Shown here: one piece after another, positions 26,401-38,905 of the stretch
How positions within the stretch are numbered: position 1 is the stretch's first letter
How the letters are laid out: the number at the start of each line of letters is the position of its first letter
Assembly (NCBI RefSeq): GCF_006345805.1
Contig: NC_042999.1
Span: forward strand, 141,608,001-141,672,000
Reading direction: 5' to 3'
DNA from: Octopus sinensis
Lineage: Eukaryota
DNA: 64,000 bases
Notes under the pieces: model-generated
Told to the model about the DNA's origin: nothing
What the model saw: only the letters and a program-made list of their open reading frames with translations
Databases searched by the model: none
Translations under genes and position numbers: made by a program

Positions 26401-29361
26401 AATTATCTAGAATTTTCCATAATGCTCTAACTTCTTCCAGCTTCCAAAATCTTTCTTAATACTATTTCTTACACATTTAAAGCTGTGCTGCTTTTAATTC
26501 TTCACTCTTAGCCAAGTCATTAACTGTGAAGTTTGAAATCACAGTAACCCTGTTCTTTTTTTTTTTTTTGTCTGATAAAAGTTTTTGACTCTAGTTTGTT
26601 ATTAAGACTTTTGTTTAATTAATGTTTTTTTGATGTTTTTAATTTTACTAAAAACACCAACACCAAATATTAGGCTCCTCTTTCAAAAGTGAGAACTTCC
26701 TGCAATGCTGACTGAAATTTCAGAGGCCCCCCCCCCCCCAGTTTCTTCCTCAAGACATAGTAACCACCTTCCAACTCTCTCTTTTGCTGCAGAATACTGC
26801 AGCTGTAATTAAATGTGGGCAGAGCTGCATATTTCATTAGTTTTTCTCTGATACCACTTTATCTTTCCTGCTACCCAGAACCACTACACCTGATATCCAT
26901 CCTTCATTCTTAATACTGTCTACTTCAACCACAGTTTACATTGGTCACCCTCCTGAGCCACCAAATTATTTCTCCTCCACCAACACACATCTCTCCTCCC
27001 CTTTCTCTTCATTTACTACACTCTTAGAATCTACACAACATCTCACTCTTTTTCTCCCTCTCTCTCCCCCTCTCTCTCTCTCTCTCTCTTCCATCCTTCC
27101 TCATCCTTCCCCTCTCTACTTTATCATTATTGCCATTCTGCTGCTCTCCACCCACTTCTATGCACTGTCATTCATCTCCTCTTCCCTGCTTACCCCAATT
27201 CATAGTCACATCTCAACACCACCCAATTTCTACAGTTGTCACCTACTCTTCCCTCTCTCCTCCTTATCTCCCCTCAACACTTGTTCTTTGTTATATTCAC
27301 CCCTTCACCCATTCCCTACCACTAATCATCTCTCACTCTTCCATACACTCTTGCATCCTCTACCTACTCACACTTTCTGTTCTTCTGTCCTCACTCTCTT
27401 CTACTCATCTCCTATCTTGAGGGTCCACCCTGAAATCTCATCATCACCATTATTATCCCTTTCCAGCTCCATCCTAGTTACTTCCATCCTCTCTTCTGTA
27501 ATCAGAGTTTCCAGGTAGCTCCTCTACAACTGGAAATCTGTTCTTTTCTGACCCCTTCTTTCACACTTTAACCCCTCATTTCATAGCATAAAGCTACCTC
27601 CCTTGCTACTGTAGTCCCCATCCCGGCACGTAGTCAAAGAGAATCTTAGTCTTGCAGGATACATAGCAACTTAATAAAGTTCTGGTGCTACAAAAAAGTG
27701 TCCAGTACATACGGTACAGTAGATGACATTAAGAAAGACAACCAGCCATAGAATTTATGCCAAAGCAGACCTTGGAGCACATGCAGTCTTTGGACTCATC
27801 CAATCCTATCATCCTGCTTATGCCAGCATAAGACATGGACTTTAAATGAAGGTGGTGGTGGTGGTGGTGGTGGTGGCAATGACAACAATGACACCAACAG
27901 CGACAACAATAACAGTAGTAAATAGAAAGCATATCTTTCATTAAAAAATTCACTCAGGAATATTGTAAGTAATAAATATGAGTTGAAACATTTAAGAACC
28001 ATCCACCTAGTATCTTCTTGCTACTCAATGAAAATATGAAGAATTCTGAAATATATTTAATCAAGAAAAGTAGAAACATTTTTGTTAACTCAGGTTAAAT
28101 GAAAAATCTATATGAAAATGACAATGAAAAAACCCCAATATCTCTCTGATTTGATCTCCAGCACTTAAAAGAAAACATACAACATAGCACTAAATGGCAT
28201 AAATTCTTCTGCTAAAGACAGCCACTAAATAAAATGATAATAAAACATTTGCTAAAGCCACAAGAGCTTTATTCTAACTTAAATGACCACAAAAATAACA
28301 TCTATCAACAACTTCCTATTTAACAAATAAACTCCTCCAAAACCAATTTAGGTGTAACTAGAAGTAAAATGGATTTTTTGCTACCAAAGTTAAAAAGAAA
28401 TATCTCAGTTACTATCGCACAATAATATAAGCCTCGTACTAAGTTGGCTCACCTACATCTAAAACCAGAAAAATTGCTTTTTTTTCCAGATTGATACCTT
28501 GAGAATATCACATTCCTATTTCCAAATTCTCTATTAATCTATTAACTATAGAATTCTACCACATCAGTAAAACTTCAGATCATTGAAACAATACTGGAAA
28601 CTAGAAAATTTCTTCTTTTCTACCTTTCAACATTCGTCTGAACCCTTCGTTGTTACTATGAAATCAAAGAGTTCAGCTGAAATAAACAACTTCATAAGCT
28701 AATATATCCTGAATATCCTCCAAAACTCTGTTTCTTTTCCTTCAAAGCAACCTTTTCCTTCTTTTTACCAAGGGAGTGAATCTGCAGTCCACTGGTCACT
28801 TAACTGTGTGTGTGTGTGTGTGTGTGTGTGAGTGTGTGTGTGAGTGAGTGTGTGTGTGTGTGTGAGTGTGTGTGAGTGTGTGTGAGTGTGTGTGTGTGTG
28901 TGTATCATCGTCATCATCATTTAACATCTGTTTTCCATGTTAGTATGTGTTTGATGATTTGACTGGTGCTGGCTAACTAAAGGACTATGCCAAGCTATAT
29001 TGTCTTGTCTGCTTTGGTATTGGTCTTATGGCTGGATGCCCTTCCTAACACAAACTACTTTACAGAGTTACTGGGTGCTTTTTATGTTGCACCAGTACTA
29101 GCAGGGTTACCAAATAACTTACAAAACAAAGACCCTTTGACTAGGAAGGGGTGGTTTTGTGCCAGTTGATGAGAGGTTAAGGTATAATAGAAGAACAGAG
29201 ACCAGTATCTTGCAGTAGAGGAGTAAAGGAAAGGAGCGAAAAGGAGAATGAGAGAGTGGTGGTGGAGAGATGTTGAAACATACTCTCAGGATAGAGGAGG
29301 ATAGAGGAAGAAGTTTCATAACAGTGTGAGGAGATGGTTAGAGATGAGGTAGAGGTAGGAT

Positions 29362-29392
<31 letters not shown>

Positions 29393-30423
29393 TACACCTT
29401 CATAAAAAATTTTGAGCTCAGATCAGTGCCTAAAAATTGTCAACTTCTTAGATATTACATGATATCTAGACAAGGCTAAATATTGCTAATCAAAAAAAGA
29501 AAATCGAAAAGTCCCTCCATGTAATCAAACTAGCAAACCATAGATAATCTTGTCTATAATATTTCCTTATGAGCTTTCTCTTTATCATCTATTCAATGGG
29601 TTTTTAAAGAAACTGTTCTTCTCCTTACTTAAAAAAGTAGGTTCACTGATGAAGTACAATACTATCCAGAACTTCCATCTTATAGTAACTAACATGGAAA
29701 TAGGAAAAGAAATATTAATTGATATAACTCACCATCTACCCAGCTTGTAACTACACCCATAGACAAAATTTTCCTCAAACTTTTATCTAAACAATTTCCC
29801 ACCAACCCAAAAATATCATAACCTTGTTAAAAAATATACTTTGAGACTCTCCTCCATAACTACTCATGCTATCATTATGCATAATTTTGCTAAATTAAAT
29901 CCTAACTACTGTGTAAGTATCCTCCTTTTGTTTTGATTGGAACAGTTCCTACTTCTAAGACAAACTGTTCTAATCAAAGCATTCGTCCTATAAAAGAAAA
30001 CTGCATAGCCAAAGAACTGGCTCAGTATGCTATTATTAATTTCCAGTTCCCTGATATATCATTTTACCTACTCTCTGTATGATATTTTTGATAGAATGCT
30101 TGTGTTTACTTGAATTTGTATTTTCCTGAATATTTTTACATCAAATTGTAACATAGACACATTTTTTCCATTATATATAACAGGTATCCTTTACTGAACA
30201 AACACTTTGTTTACAAGTGTACTTATCAATGCCTTTGTGCATAAACAGATGAATATATTTTTGCATTATAGCACCAACACCTGCTTGGCCTAAGTTATAC
30301 ATATGGGAGTATGTGTTGCGTGTGTGTGTGTGTGTACATCATCATTACATGCTTTTTTGTTTTATCTTTTGATATCTAGTTTTCCATACTTGCATGGGTC
30401 AACAGGAGTCTATTGAGACAGAT

Positions 30424-30460
<37 letters not shown>

Positions 30461-30488
30461 TGTATGTATGTATGTATGTATGTATATG

Positions 30489-30956
30489 TAATCAGTATTC
30501 AATTAGTAGAAGAAAAGAAAATGATGAGTTGACAGTTAATAATTATTTATTAATAAATTGATAATTCTTAGTTCCTACAGCTGTTTCCATTAGTGCTCAT
30601 TAAATAAATTATAAATTTATGCATAAAATTTGCATTTATAAGATATGAGCAAAAATATCATCAGGGAAAAAGATATAGATTAAAAGATTACATGTTGACC
30701 TCTTAGTCTATGCCAGTGAACTCAGAGCCAACTGGTATGAACTAAGAGCTCAACATATAATCTTTTAATGTATATCTTTTTCCTTGATGATACTTTAACT
30801 CATACTTTATCAATACAAATTTAAAGCCTAAATTTGTAATTTATTTAATGAGCACTAATGAGAACAGCTGTAAGAATGAAAAATTATCAATTTATTAATA
30901 AATAATTATTAACTTTCAGCTCATTTTCTTTTCTTCTATTAATTGAATACTGATTA
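30489..30956. repeat. Fold-back element with about 230-bp arms, probably inverted Penelope-like pseudo-LTRs
   Basis: 30489-30718 and 30731-30956 are reverse complements (roughly 85% by eye) around a loop of about 12 nt. Each arm carries a hammerhead motif. Confidence 0.85.
30572..30668 (-). ncRNA. Minimal type I hammerhead ribozyme motif with an intact core
   Basis: Minus strand reads TTCC-CTGATGA-tattttt GCTCAT...ATGAGC actaatg-GAAAC-AGCT-GTA-GGAA: stem I TTCC/GGAA, core CUGAUGA and GAAA, stem III AC/GT with palindromic AGCT loop, GUA cleavage triplet. Confidence 0.7.
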
Positions 30957-32241
30957 TATGCTTAATATATACCTATTGATTTAAGGAAATTTTATTTCCC
31001 AAAAATATTAGGTATAGAACCAGTGTTTTCTTGGTTGTAATTATCCTTTTAAGAGGTCAATATATCCTCTCCAAATTTTATTTAATTTGCTTTGTGGGAG
31101 CAACTGTTTTATCGAAAACGTATCTTGTTGTGAATTACTCAAAATACGAAGTAGAAAAACAGCCAACAACTGATGAAGAGTCTTTATTTTATGTTGCTTG
31201 TCTTGTTTTCCATTTATTTCTTTCACTGTTCACAAAAAAAGTTTGCATTCCATGTTTTCGTATTTCATGTTTTTATATTTCATGTTGTTTACGTTCTGTG
31301 ATGTTCTGTGCTCATATATGCATGTGTATATACATGTATATGTATGTACATATATGTAGGTATGTATGCATATATATTTATATATTATTTAAATTATCAT
31401 ATGATTGAACGCCACACATCCATTTCCTAGTAAGTTGTATCTTAATAATTTCGATGCGACACTTATCCTATCTTTTTCTATTTCTCTTTCCTCTCCTCTT
31501 TCGTTTCCTCTCTCTCTTCTTTTCTCTAATTCTTTTTATCTTCCCTTCTCCCCCTTTCATTTTTTCTCACTCATCCTTTCTCTAATTCTTTTTCTCTCTC
31601 CTTTGCCATTCTCTGTCTGTCCCTCTCTTACCATTGCTTTCTCATTGCTTGCATGTGACCATTGGCCATCTTTCTTTTCCTAGTTTGAATTTCTTTCTTT
31701 CTTACTTTTTTTTCTTTCTTTCTTTCTGATCAGCTGCAGGGATAAGATGCATTCTTGTCTGTCTCCGGGCAGAGCTTGTTCCTCTGCATTCACCAAGTCA
31801 ACTCATTCAGGTTTAGTAACCCTTCCTGTTTGTTTTCACTGTCTTGTTTTTGTTACTAACTTTGACCCTCTGCAAAATCCCAAATTTTATTTAACTTTTC
31901 TTTGTGGGAGCAACTGTTTTGTCGAAAATGTATCTTGTCGTGAATTGCTTGAAATATGAGATAGAAAAACAGGTGACAACTGATGAAGGATCGTCTTTTT
32001 ATGTTGCTTGTCTTGTTTTCCATTTGTTTCTTTCGTTGTTTGCAAAAAAAAAGTTTGTATTCCATGTCTTCATGTTTTGTATTTCATGTTGTTTACATTC
32101 TGCGGTATCCTGTGCCCATAAACATATATATATACATCTATATATATGTACATATATGTATGTATGTATGCATATATATTTATATATTATTTTTATTATT
32201 ATATGATTGAATGCCATGCATCCATTTCCAAGTAAGTTTTA

Positions 32242-32294
<53 letters not shown>

Positions 32295-32300
32295 CTATCA

Positions 32301-32345
<45 letters not shown>

Positions 32346-32394
32346 CCTATCTATCTACCTATCTACCTACCTACCTACCTACCTACCTACCTAC

Positions 32395-32454
<60 letters not shown>

Positions 32455-32457
32455 ATA

Positions 32458-32498
<41 letters not shown>

Positions 32499-32502
<4 letters not shown>

Positions 32503-32715
32503 TAATCCAACAAGAAAGCACAAAAAAACACAACAACGCGAGGACGTGGAACAAATATAGTATTATTGGACGCTCAGGAAAGAAGGAAAGGAGGAGGGTT
32601 TAATGTTTCGAGCGGAGCTCTTCGTCGGAAACATAGGAGAAAGAAAGATCCAGAGAAGGGAAGACAGAGGAAAAAAATCGCCAACGGTACACACGAGGTC
32701 AGGGCTAAATTAGCT
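32499..32715 (-). repeat. Dispersed repeat next to a microsatellite, carrying a hammerhead-like motif (Penelope-like pLTR)
   Basis: Second copy at 49745-49945 (aacaacgcgaggacgtggaac...cttcgtc(g/a)gaaacatag...aatcgccaac). Confidence 0.75.
32598..32632 (-). ncRNA. Ultra-minimal hammerhead-like motif, variant core
   Basis: GTTT CCGACGA A GAGC-TCC-GCTC GAAAC ATT AAAC: stem I GTTT/AAAC, stem II GAGC/GCTC. The paralog at 49844-49878 has CTGACGA and AACGTT. Confidence 0.5.
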
Positions 32716-32796
32716 GTGTGTGTATATATATATATATATATATCATTCAACTACAGTTGTAATTGAATAATATTCTTGAGGCCACAATTTACTTAC

Positions 32797-32878
32797 ATGC
32801 AGCACCTTTCAGAGCTTGTCACTAATTCAGTTCTTAACCAAATTGAAAACTGTAAACATTTTTGAAGAGGACTGATCT
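32797..32878 (-). CDS. Exon C of the unnamed gene
   Basis: atgtagctag|AG ATC AGT...TGC TGC AT|gtaagt; encodes (E)ISPLQKCLQFSIWLRTELVTSSERCC. Phase 1 in, phase 2 out. The acceptor is pyrimidine-poor. Confidence 0.7.
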
Positions 32879-33470
32879 CTAGCTACATTTTGGCTTTAAA
32901 AATTGAAATTTATCTAATAGAAAAAAGTTTACATCAAAATTTGTAGCAACATTATTGGAGAGTAAGTAACGCCACCAATCAAGTTTAGATCTAAATAACT
33001 TTTTTTTATTTTAAAAGCAAAATATATTTATCTTAGCTTCAATCATAGAAGAAAGCATGAAGAATTTCATAGTTTCAGTCCCATGCAACAAAAATTTGTA
33101 TCAAAAAAGTTGTGAGGTAAAATATGAAAAAATATAAGTAAGGCAAAAAATTGGATTGAAGTATAATTAACCTTTTTATTTTAAAAACGAACTATATTTT
33201 AATTAAGCTTAAATGATAGAGCTCAGTGAGAGGAATTTCACAGTATCAATCTCATGCAATGAAGTTTTAACAGAAAAAGCTTATAAGCGTTTGCTTCTTA
33301 AATTTGAGGGTGACGATATAGTTCTATACTTCTTTATGAATATAGTTGTATAAGGGGGCTTTTAATATATGTCACCAGCGTCATGAGGTAAGGAAAAAAT
33401 TATCAATGACACCACTAAGTGACACATTTGACACATTATTAATTAGCATAATAGCCTGGAAAAAACATGG

Positions 33471-34323
33471 ATTACATGGAAAAATGCAAGCAAGAGAAAT
33501 AAGATTATAAACATGGAAAATTACAGGACAAGTTATTAGACTTGGCAAAGTTCAGGACAACTTATTACATCTAGTAAAATACAGAACAAGAAAATTATTA
33601 CTTAAAATATTGCCGCTAAGAATAAAATATGAATATTAAAAATTATTTGATTTTAATTCACAAAGTAACATTATAATTTTAAAAATGTACCGTCATTTTT
33701 GTTAAAATATTAACACACTAGGATACTTTAAAAATGAGAGCCAGAAGTACCGAAATATAGCTAAAGTTTTATACAAAGTAGAATAATATATATGGTAGGC
33801 AAATTCATTATGTAAAAAATAGGCATTGGGTCAAGACTAAAAATATGAAGACTTAGCAATAACTTAGGCAATAACTCAAGCAAATTTTACTGTGAATTTG
33901 TTGTTATAGGTAGATTTTACTGTAATATATAACTAATTTTTGTATTATTCTATTTATTGTACAAACTAATTATGTACTACTATTATTTTTTATAACCTAT
34001 TTTCAAATTTCTAATTATTAATTAATAATTTTTAAAATGAATTTTTTAAAGAGCAAAAAATTTTAATTGAGTAATTTTTTATTTTTAGTAGAAGTAACAA
34101 GTAATAACAAATATAAGTAATGACATGTAATAAAATTTTTAGTTTTAATAACAGCTAATATTTTATTTGAAATGTTATCCTTAGCTGCAATATTTTAAAT
34201 AAAAATTTTTTTGTTCTCTACTTTACCAGATGTAATAAGTTGTCCTGAACTTTTCCACCTCTAATTTTCCAGGTTTATAATCTTAAGAATATAATTTCTC
34301 TTGCTCACATTTTTCCATGTAAT
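33471..34323. mobile_element. Non-autonomous element with about 180-bp imperfect terminal inverted repeats
   Basis: attacatggaaaaatg...aaagttcaggacaacttattacatct versus agatgtaataagttgtcctgaacttt...catttttccatgtaat. Confidence 0.7.
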
Positions 34324-34567
34324 ATATGTATGTATCTACCCATCTCATGGGAAGACCAGCCCATCACACCTAGAGAAGATTCATTCACCAAGGCTCAAGA
34401 ATCCGTTCTCATTTCAGCAAAACTGAGATTCAAGAAATACTATACATGTGTATGTAGTGTAATCTATGTAGTAGATATATAAACAAGGTAAACTTAGTTA
34501 TTTCTCCATTGACGGTAAAAAGTGATGAACAGCTTTAATCAATTTTTGAATTTTATTGGGTTCTTAC

Positions 34568-34645
34568 CACAAGTGTCTACTTCTTTTTGACCAATCCCAG
34601 AGAAATTAGCAGCCACACTGTTTATATACTCAACAAATCTGGTAG
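34568..34645 (-). CDS. Exon B of the unnamed gene
   Basis: ctctctgtag|CT ACC AGA...TGT G|gtaaga. Only one frame is open: (A)TRFVEYINSVAANFSGIGQKEVDTC. Phase 1 in and out. Confidence 0.8.
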
Positions 34646-35254
34646 CTACAGAGAGCTGGAGCTACTAATTTGCATATCATAAGTGTCTAACACTTCATGT
34701 TATACCAGTAGTCTATCAACAGGAATTTCAGTCCTCATAGTGTCAGGTTATAATATAATATATGTAGCCTATATATATACATGTATACACACACACACAC
34801 ACACATGTACATAGTCTCAGGAAGATGTGGGATAAAGTGGTGAGAAAGGACCTTCAGACTTTTAGCCTCACAGAGGAGATGACAGAGGACTAATACTTCT
34901 AGCAGTTTGCAGTGCTTGAGAAGATACATCAAGCTAAGTAAGATCATGGCTGTCCATACATACAGGCATGTCCTCTGTGTCCCTTCCTCAGCTGAAAGAT
35001 GTTAGCCTTGCAGGCTCATGAGTACTGGTGCCACATAAAAGCACCCATGCTGGTGTCATGTAAAAGTACCTGTGCAGGTGTCATAAAAGCACTCATGCCA
35101 GTGCCACATAAAAGTGCCCATACCAATTCCTGTAAAGTGGCTGGTGTTAGAAAGGGCATCTAGCCATAGAAACTATGCCAAAACAGACAAAATGGAGCCT
35201 GTCTAATTCCTGTCAAACCATCCAACTCATGCCAGCATGGGGAACAGCTATTAA

Positions 35255-35287
<33 letters not shown>

Positions 35288-36276
35288 GCAACGATGAAAT
35301 ATTCATTTAGGTGCCCTAGCCTAATTTCCCTTTCAAGCCTTCCCCACCACCCATCATCTCTCTATCACTGATGTTTTCATTACCTTTATAACTGCAGTAT
35401 TCTGTTACTGTAATTAAATGAGAAGAGAACTGCATATCGCATCAACTTTTTTGGTGATACCAGTTATCTTTCTCACTTCCTGGAACTACTTCACTCATAG
35501 TCCATCTTTCATTCATAAAACTGTCCCTCTCCACCTACATTTTACATTGATTACCCATCTGTGCAACCAAATTATCTCTCCTTTTCAACCACTATACATT
35601 TCTCACTCTCCACACACTATGCCTGCCTCTTCTATAACTATGTGCAGCCTACCTTCCCTACCTTATATGTATCATTAATCACTCCTCTATCTTTGTCCAC
35701 CATCCACTACATACACACCTCAACTCAACTCAGTCTTTACTATCATCATCTACTTTTCCTTACCTTCCCTCCAACTCACACTCCTTTTTCATCATTCATT
35801 ATATTTGTTCCATCACCCATTACCCATCTCTCTCCCAATACATTCTCAGGGCTTCTACCTACCCACACTCCTTGTTCTTCTGTCCCTGCTCACTCCTGTT
35901 TACATGGTATATTGAGGGTCTGGTATGTTCTGTCACTTTCTTTCATAATTTAACCTCTCGTTTCCAAGCATAAAGCTGTCTTTTTCTCTGTTTCAGTCTC
36001 TCAAGATGGATTTTAATCCTGTGTGCTGCATGGCAACCTCATTAGTGCTGGTGCCATGAAAAAAAAAACACCCAGTAAATTTTATAAAGTGATTGATATT
36101 AGGAAGAGGATCCAGCTGAAGAAATGATGTTGAAGCATAGACTGGAGCATGATACAATCCTTGGACCTGTCAACCTTTCTAACGTATGCCACCATGGAAA
36201 GTGGATGTTAAAAGATAATGATAATAATGATAATGATAGTGGTGATGGTGATGATGATGATGATATATATATATAT

Positions 36277-36385
36277 GGTAACCCAGGTTCGAATCCTGGT
36301 CACGGCAGCCTCCCTATTATTTAATGGCGGTGCCCCAGCATGGCCACAGCTCATGAGCTGAAACTGGAAAAATCAAAATCAAAAA
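36277..36385 (+). mobile_element. tRNA-His-like 3' half fused to a SINE tail; not an intact tRNA
   Basis: GTAACCCAGGTTCGAATCCTGGTCACGGCA matches the variable loop, T arm and acceptor of eukaryotic tRNA-His. It is followed by ggcggtgccccagcatggccacagct, shared with SINE tails here. Confidence 0.55.
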
Positions 36386-36387
36386 AT

Positions 36388-36452
<65 letters not shown>

Positions 36453-36827
36453 CACACACACACATGCACACATTCATACATGCATATACATGCTCTAGAG
36501 GCTAGTATGTTCCACTAGATGTGTAATGTAGATATATATATGCAACAGAGTGCTAGTGTATTGAGCAGAAATATTAAGGCCATGAAGAGGATTGGCCCAC
36601 AAAAGTCCCAGTCCCATGTAAAAAGCACCGGTGCCAGTGCTATGTAAAAGTACTCATGCTGGTGCCACATTGAAAGTACCCACCACACACTGTAAAGTGG
36701 TTGGTGTTAGGAAGGGCATCTGGCTATAGTAACCAAGCCAAATCAGACTGAAACCTGGTGTAGCTCTTCTGCTTGCCAGCTCTTGTCAAACCATCCAACC
36801 CATATAAGCATGGAAAGCAGATGGTAA

Positions 36828-36878
<51 letters not shown>

Positions 36879-38129
36879 GTGATGGTGATGTTACGCCTTT
36901 TGATGTCAAATACCAGACTTCCTCTCGTATTTGGATGGAAAAAAAGCACAACCTGTTTTAAAGTATTCATATATAATTAAACCTGTCCTCCATAATTTTA
37001 TGTTAAAACTTTTTGCAATGTTCCCAACTTAATTATTTTATTCAGTCCATATAGATAGTTGATCATTTTAAAATAAATTAATATCAATGAAATGATGGTA
37101 ACCAGAAAGTTTTAACTTAAAATGGTTTTTAACTTAATATGCTTTTTCCACACATCGACTTAAAATTTCTAACCAAGACCAGCTTACTGTTTATTTTTCA
37201 TGACTTATATTAACCAGTATGTCTTTTCTTTTCCAAGATGGTAGGAATTTAGCCAGTATCTTTAGCTGCTTGAATGACCTCATTGAAGCTCTCCTACTAG
37301 CTTATCAAAATAAATAGTACATACACATAGTGATTAAATTATAACTGCAACTCTTGATTTCCAGAGTGCTCTTACATAATTTTTAATTGGTGGTTTATGT
37401 ACAATGCATACATTATTTCTCTCTCTCACACACACATGCATATACTAGGTCTGTCTATAGTTTTGCAAAAATCCATTTATTCATTGTTCCTATCATGAAA
37501 TATTTTTGGTAGAGCTCAATTTGGACATGAGAAAGTACTTTGTCTGATTATTACTATTTTTTTTACACATTTAATTTCTCAAATAAAGATTCTTTGATGA
37601 ACTATTTGGACATCACATCAACAAGTCATGTTTGTTCATTTGTTTTTAATGGAAAGTATTTTTGTAATTTAGAATTATCTCTGATAAATAGAGAAAACAT
37701 TGTTAGCTCCTTGATTCAGATTAAATTACAAATAGGAAAACATCAGAAATGAATGAAATGCTTGTAGCCAGTAAGTCTGTCTGTCTTTACGTATGTCTGC
37801 ATGTATGTATTTGAGTGTGTAAATATATATTTTATATATGTGTAAATGTAAATGTGCGTGTGTGTGTGTGGTTATTTACTCACACACAAACATAGTCAGA
37901 CTTCTACAAAATATATGAAGCACTTTTCATGGTTTTTCTTTGTAAAACAGAAATTCTGTGATCTTTGTGGTGTACATTACAAACTTCTGGCAATTTGTAT
38001 CTGGGATTTAGGTCCAACTCCATGACTTAAATGGCTAACTTGATTGTCAACAAACCTGACACTCTTTCATCATAGGCTTTATACTCCTTTGACTGATAAT
38101 TTCAGTTAAAATATATATATATATATATA

Positions 38130-38181
<52 letters not shown>

Positions 38182-38413
38182 ATATTCTTTTATTTGTTTC
38201 AGTCATTTGACTGTGGCCATGTTGGAGCACCGCCTTTAGTCGAGTAAATCGAACCCAGGACTTATTGTTTGTAAGCCTAGTACTTATTCTATCAGTCTCT
38301 CTTGCCGAACTGCTAAGTGACAGGGACCATAAACACACCAGCAGCATCGGTTGTCAAGCGATGTTGGTGGGGAGACAAACACAGACACACAAACATATAC
38401 ATATACATACACT

Positions 38414-38479
<66 letters not shown>

Positions 38480-38487
<8 letters not shown>

Positions 38488-38905
38488 CAAATTAGAGATA
38501 AAACCACTATTAGGCAAATCAAACAATGAAAAACTTAAGCCAATACATAAAATTAATTAATTTATATTATTTTAAATATATATCAAAAGTATTAAAATTT
38601 AATAAAAGATAATGAGTAAAACACTACGATCATTTCATGGCTGTCCAATTCGTAATAATTCGAGTTATGGTTACAGTCAATCTTATATTTCAATTACCTG
38701 AAGATTGACTGTAACCATAACTCAAATTGTTACGAATTGGACAGCCATGAAATGATCGTAGTGTTTTACTCATTATCTTTTATTAAATTTTAATACTTTT
38801 GATATATATTTAAAATAATATAACTTAATTAATTTTATGTATTGGCTTAAGTTTTTCCTTGTTTGATTTGCCTAATAGTGGTTTTATCTCTAATTTAATA
38901 TAATA
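38480..38905. repeat. Near-perfect fold-back with about 205-bp arms and a 16-nt loop
   Basis: 38480-38684 versus 38701-38905; about 5 mismatches counted by eye; loop atatttcaattacctg. Confidence 0.95.
38691..38766 (+). ncRNA. Minimal type I hammerhead ribozyme motif
   Basis: caattac CTGAAGA t TGACTGT...ACAGCCA t GAAA T GATC G TA gtgttt: core intact, palindromic GATC loop, GUA triplet, weak stem I. Confidence 0.55.

Noticed and set aside
31850-32040. CTGATGAAG in the 17.3k/31k/32k repeat family as a hammerhead core
   Set aside because: No stem II followed by GAAA and a cleavage triplet could be built.
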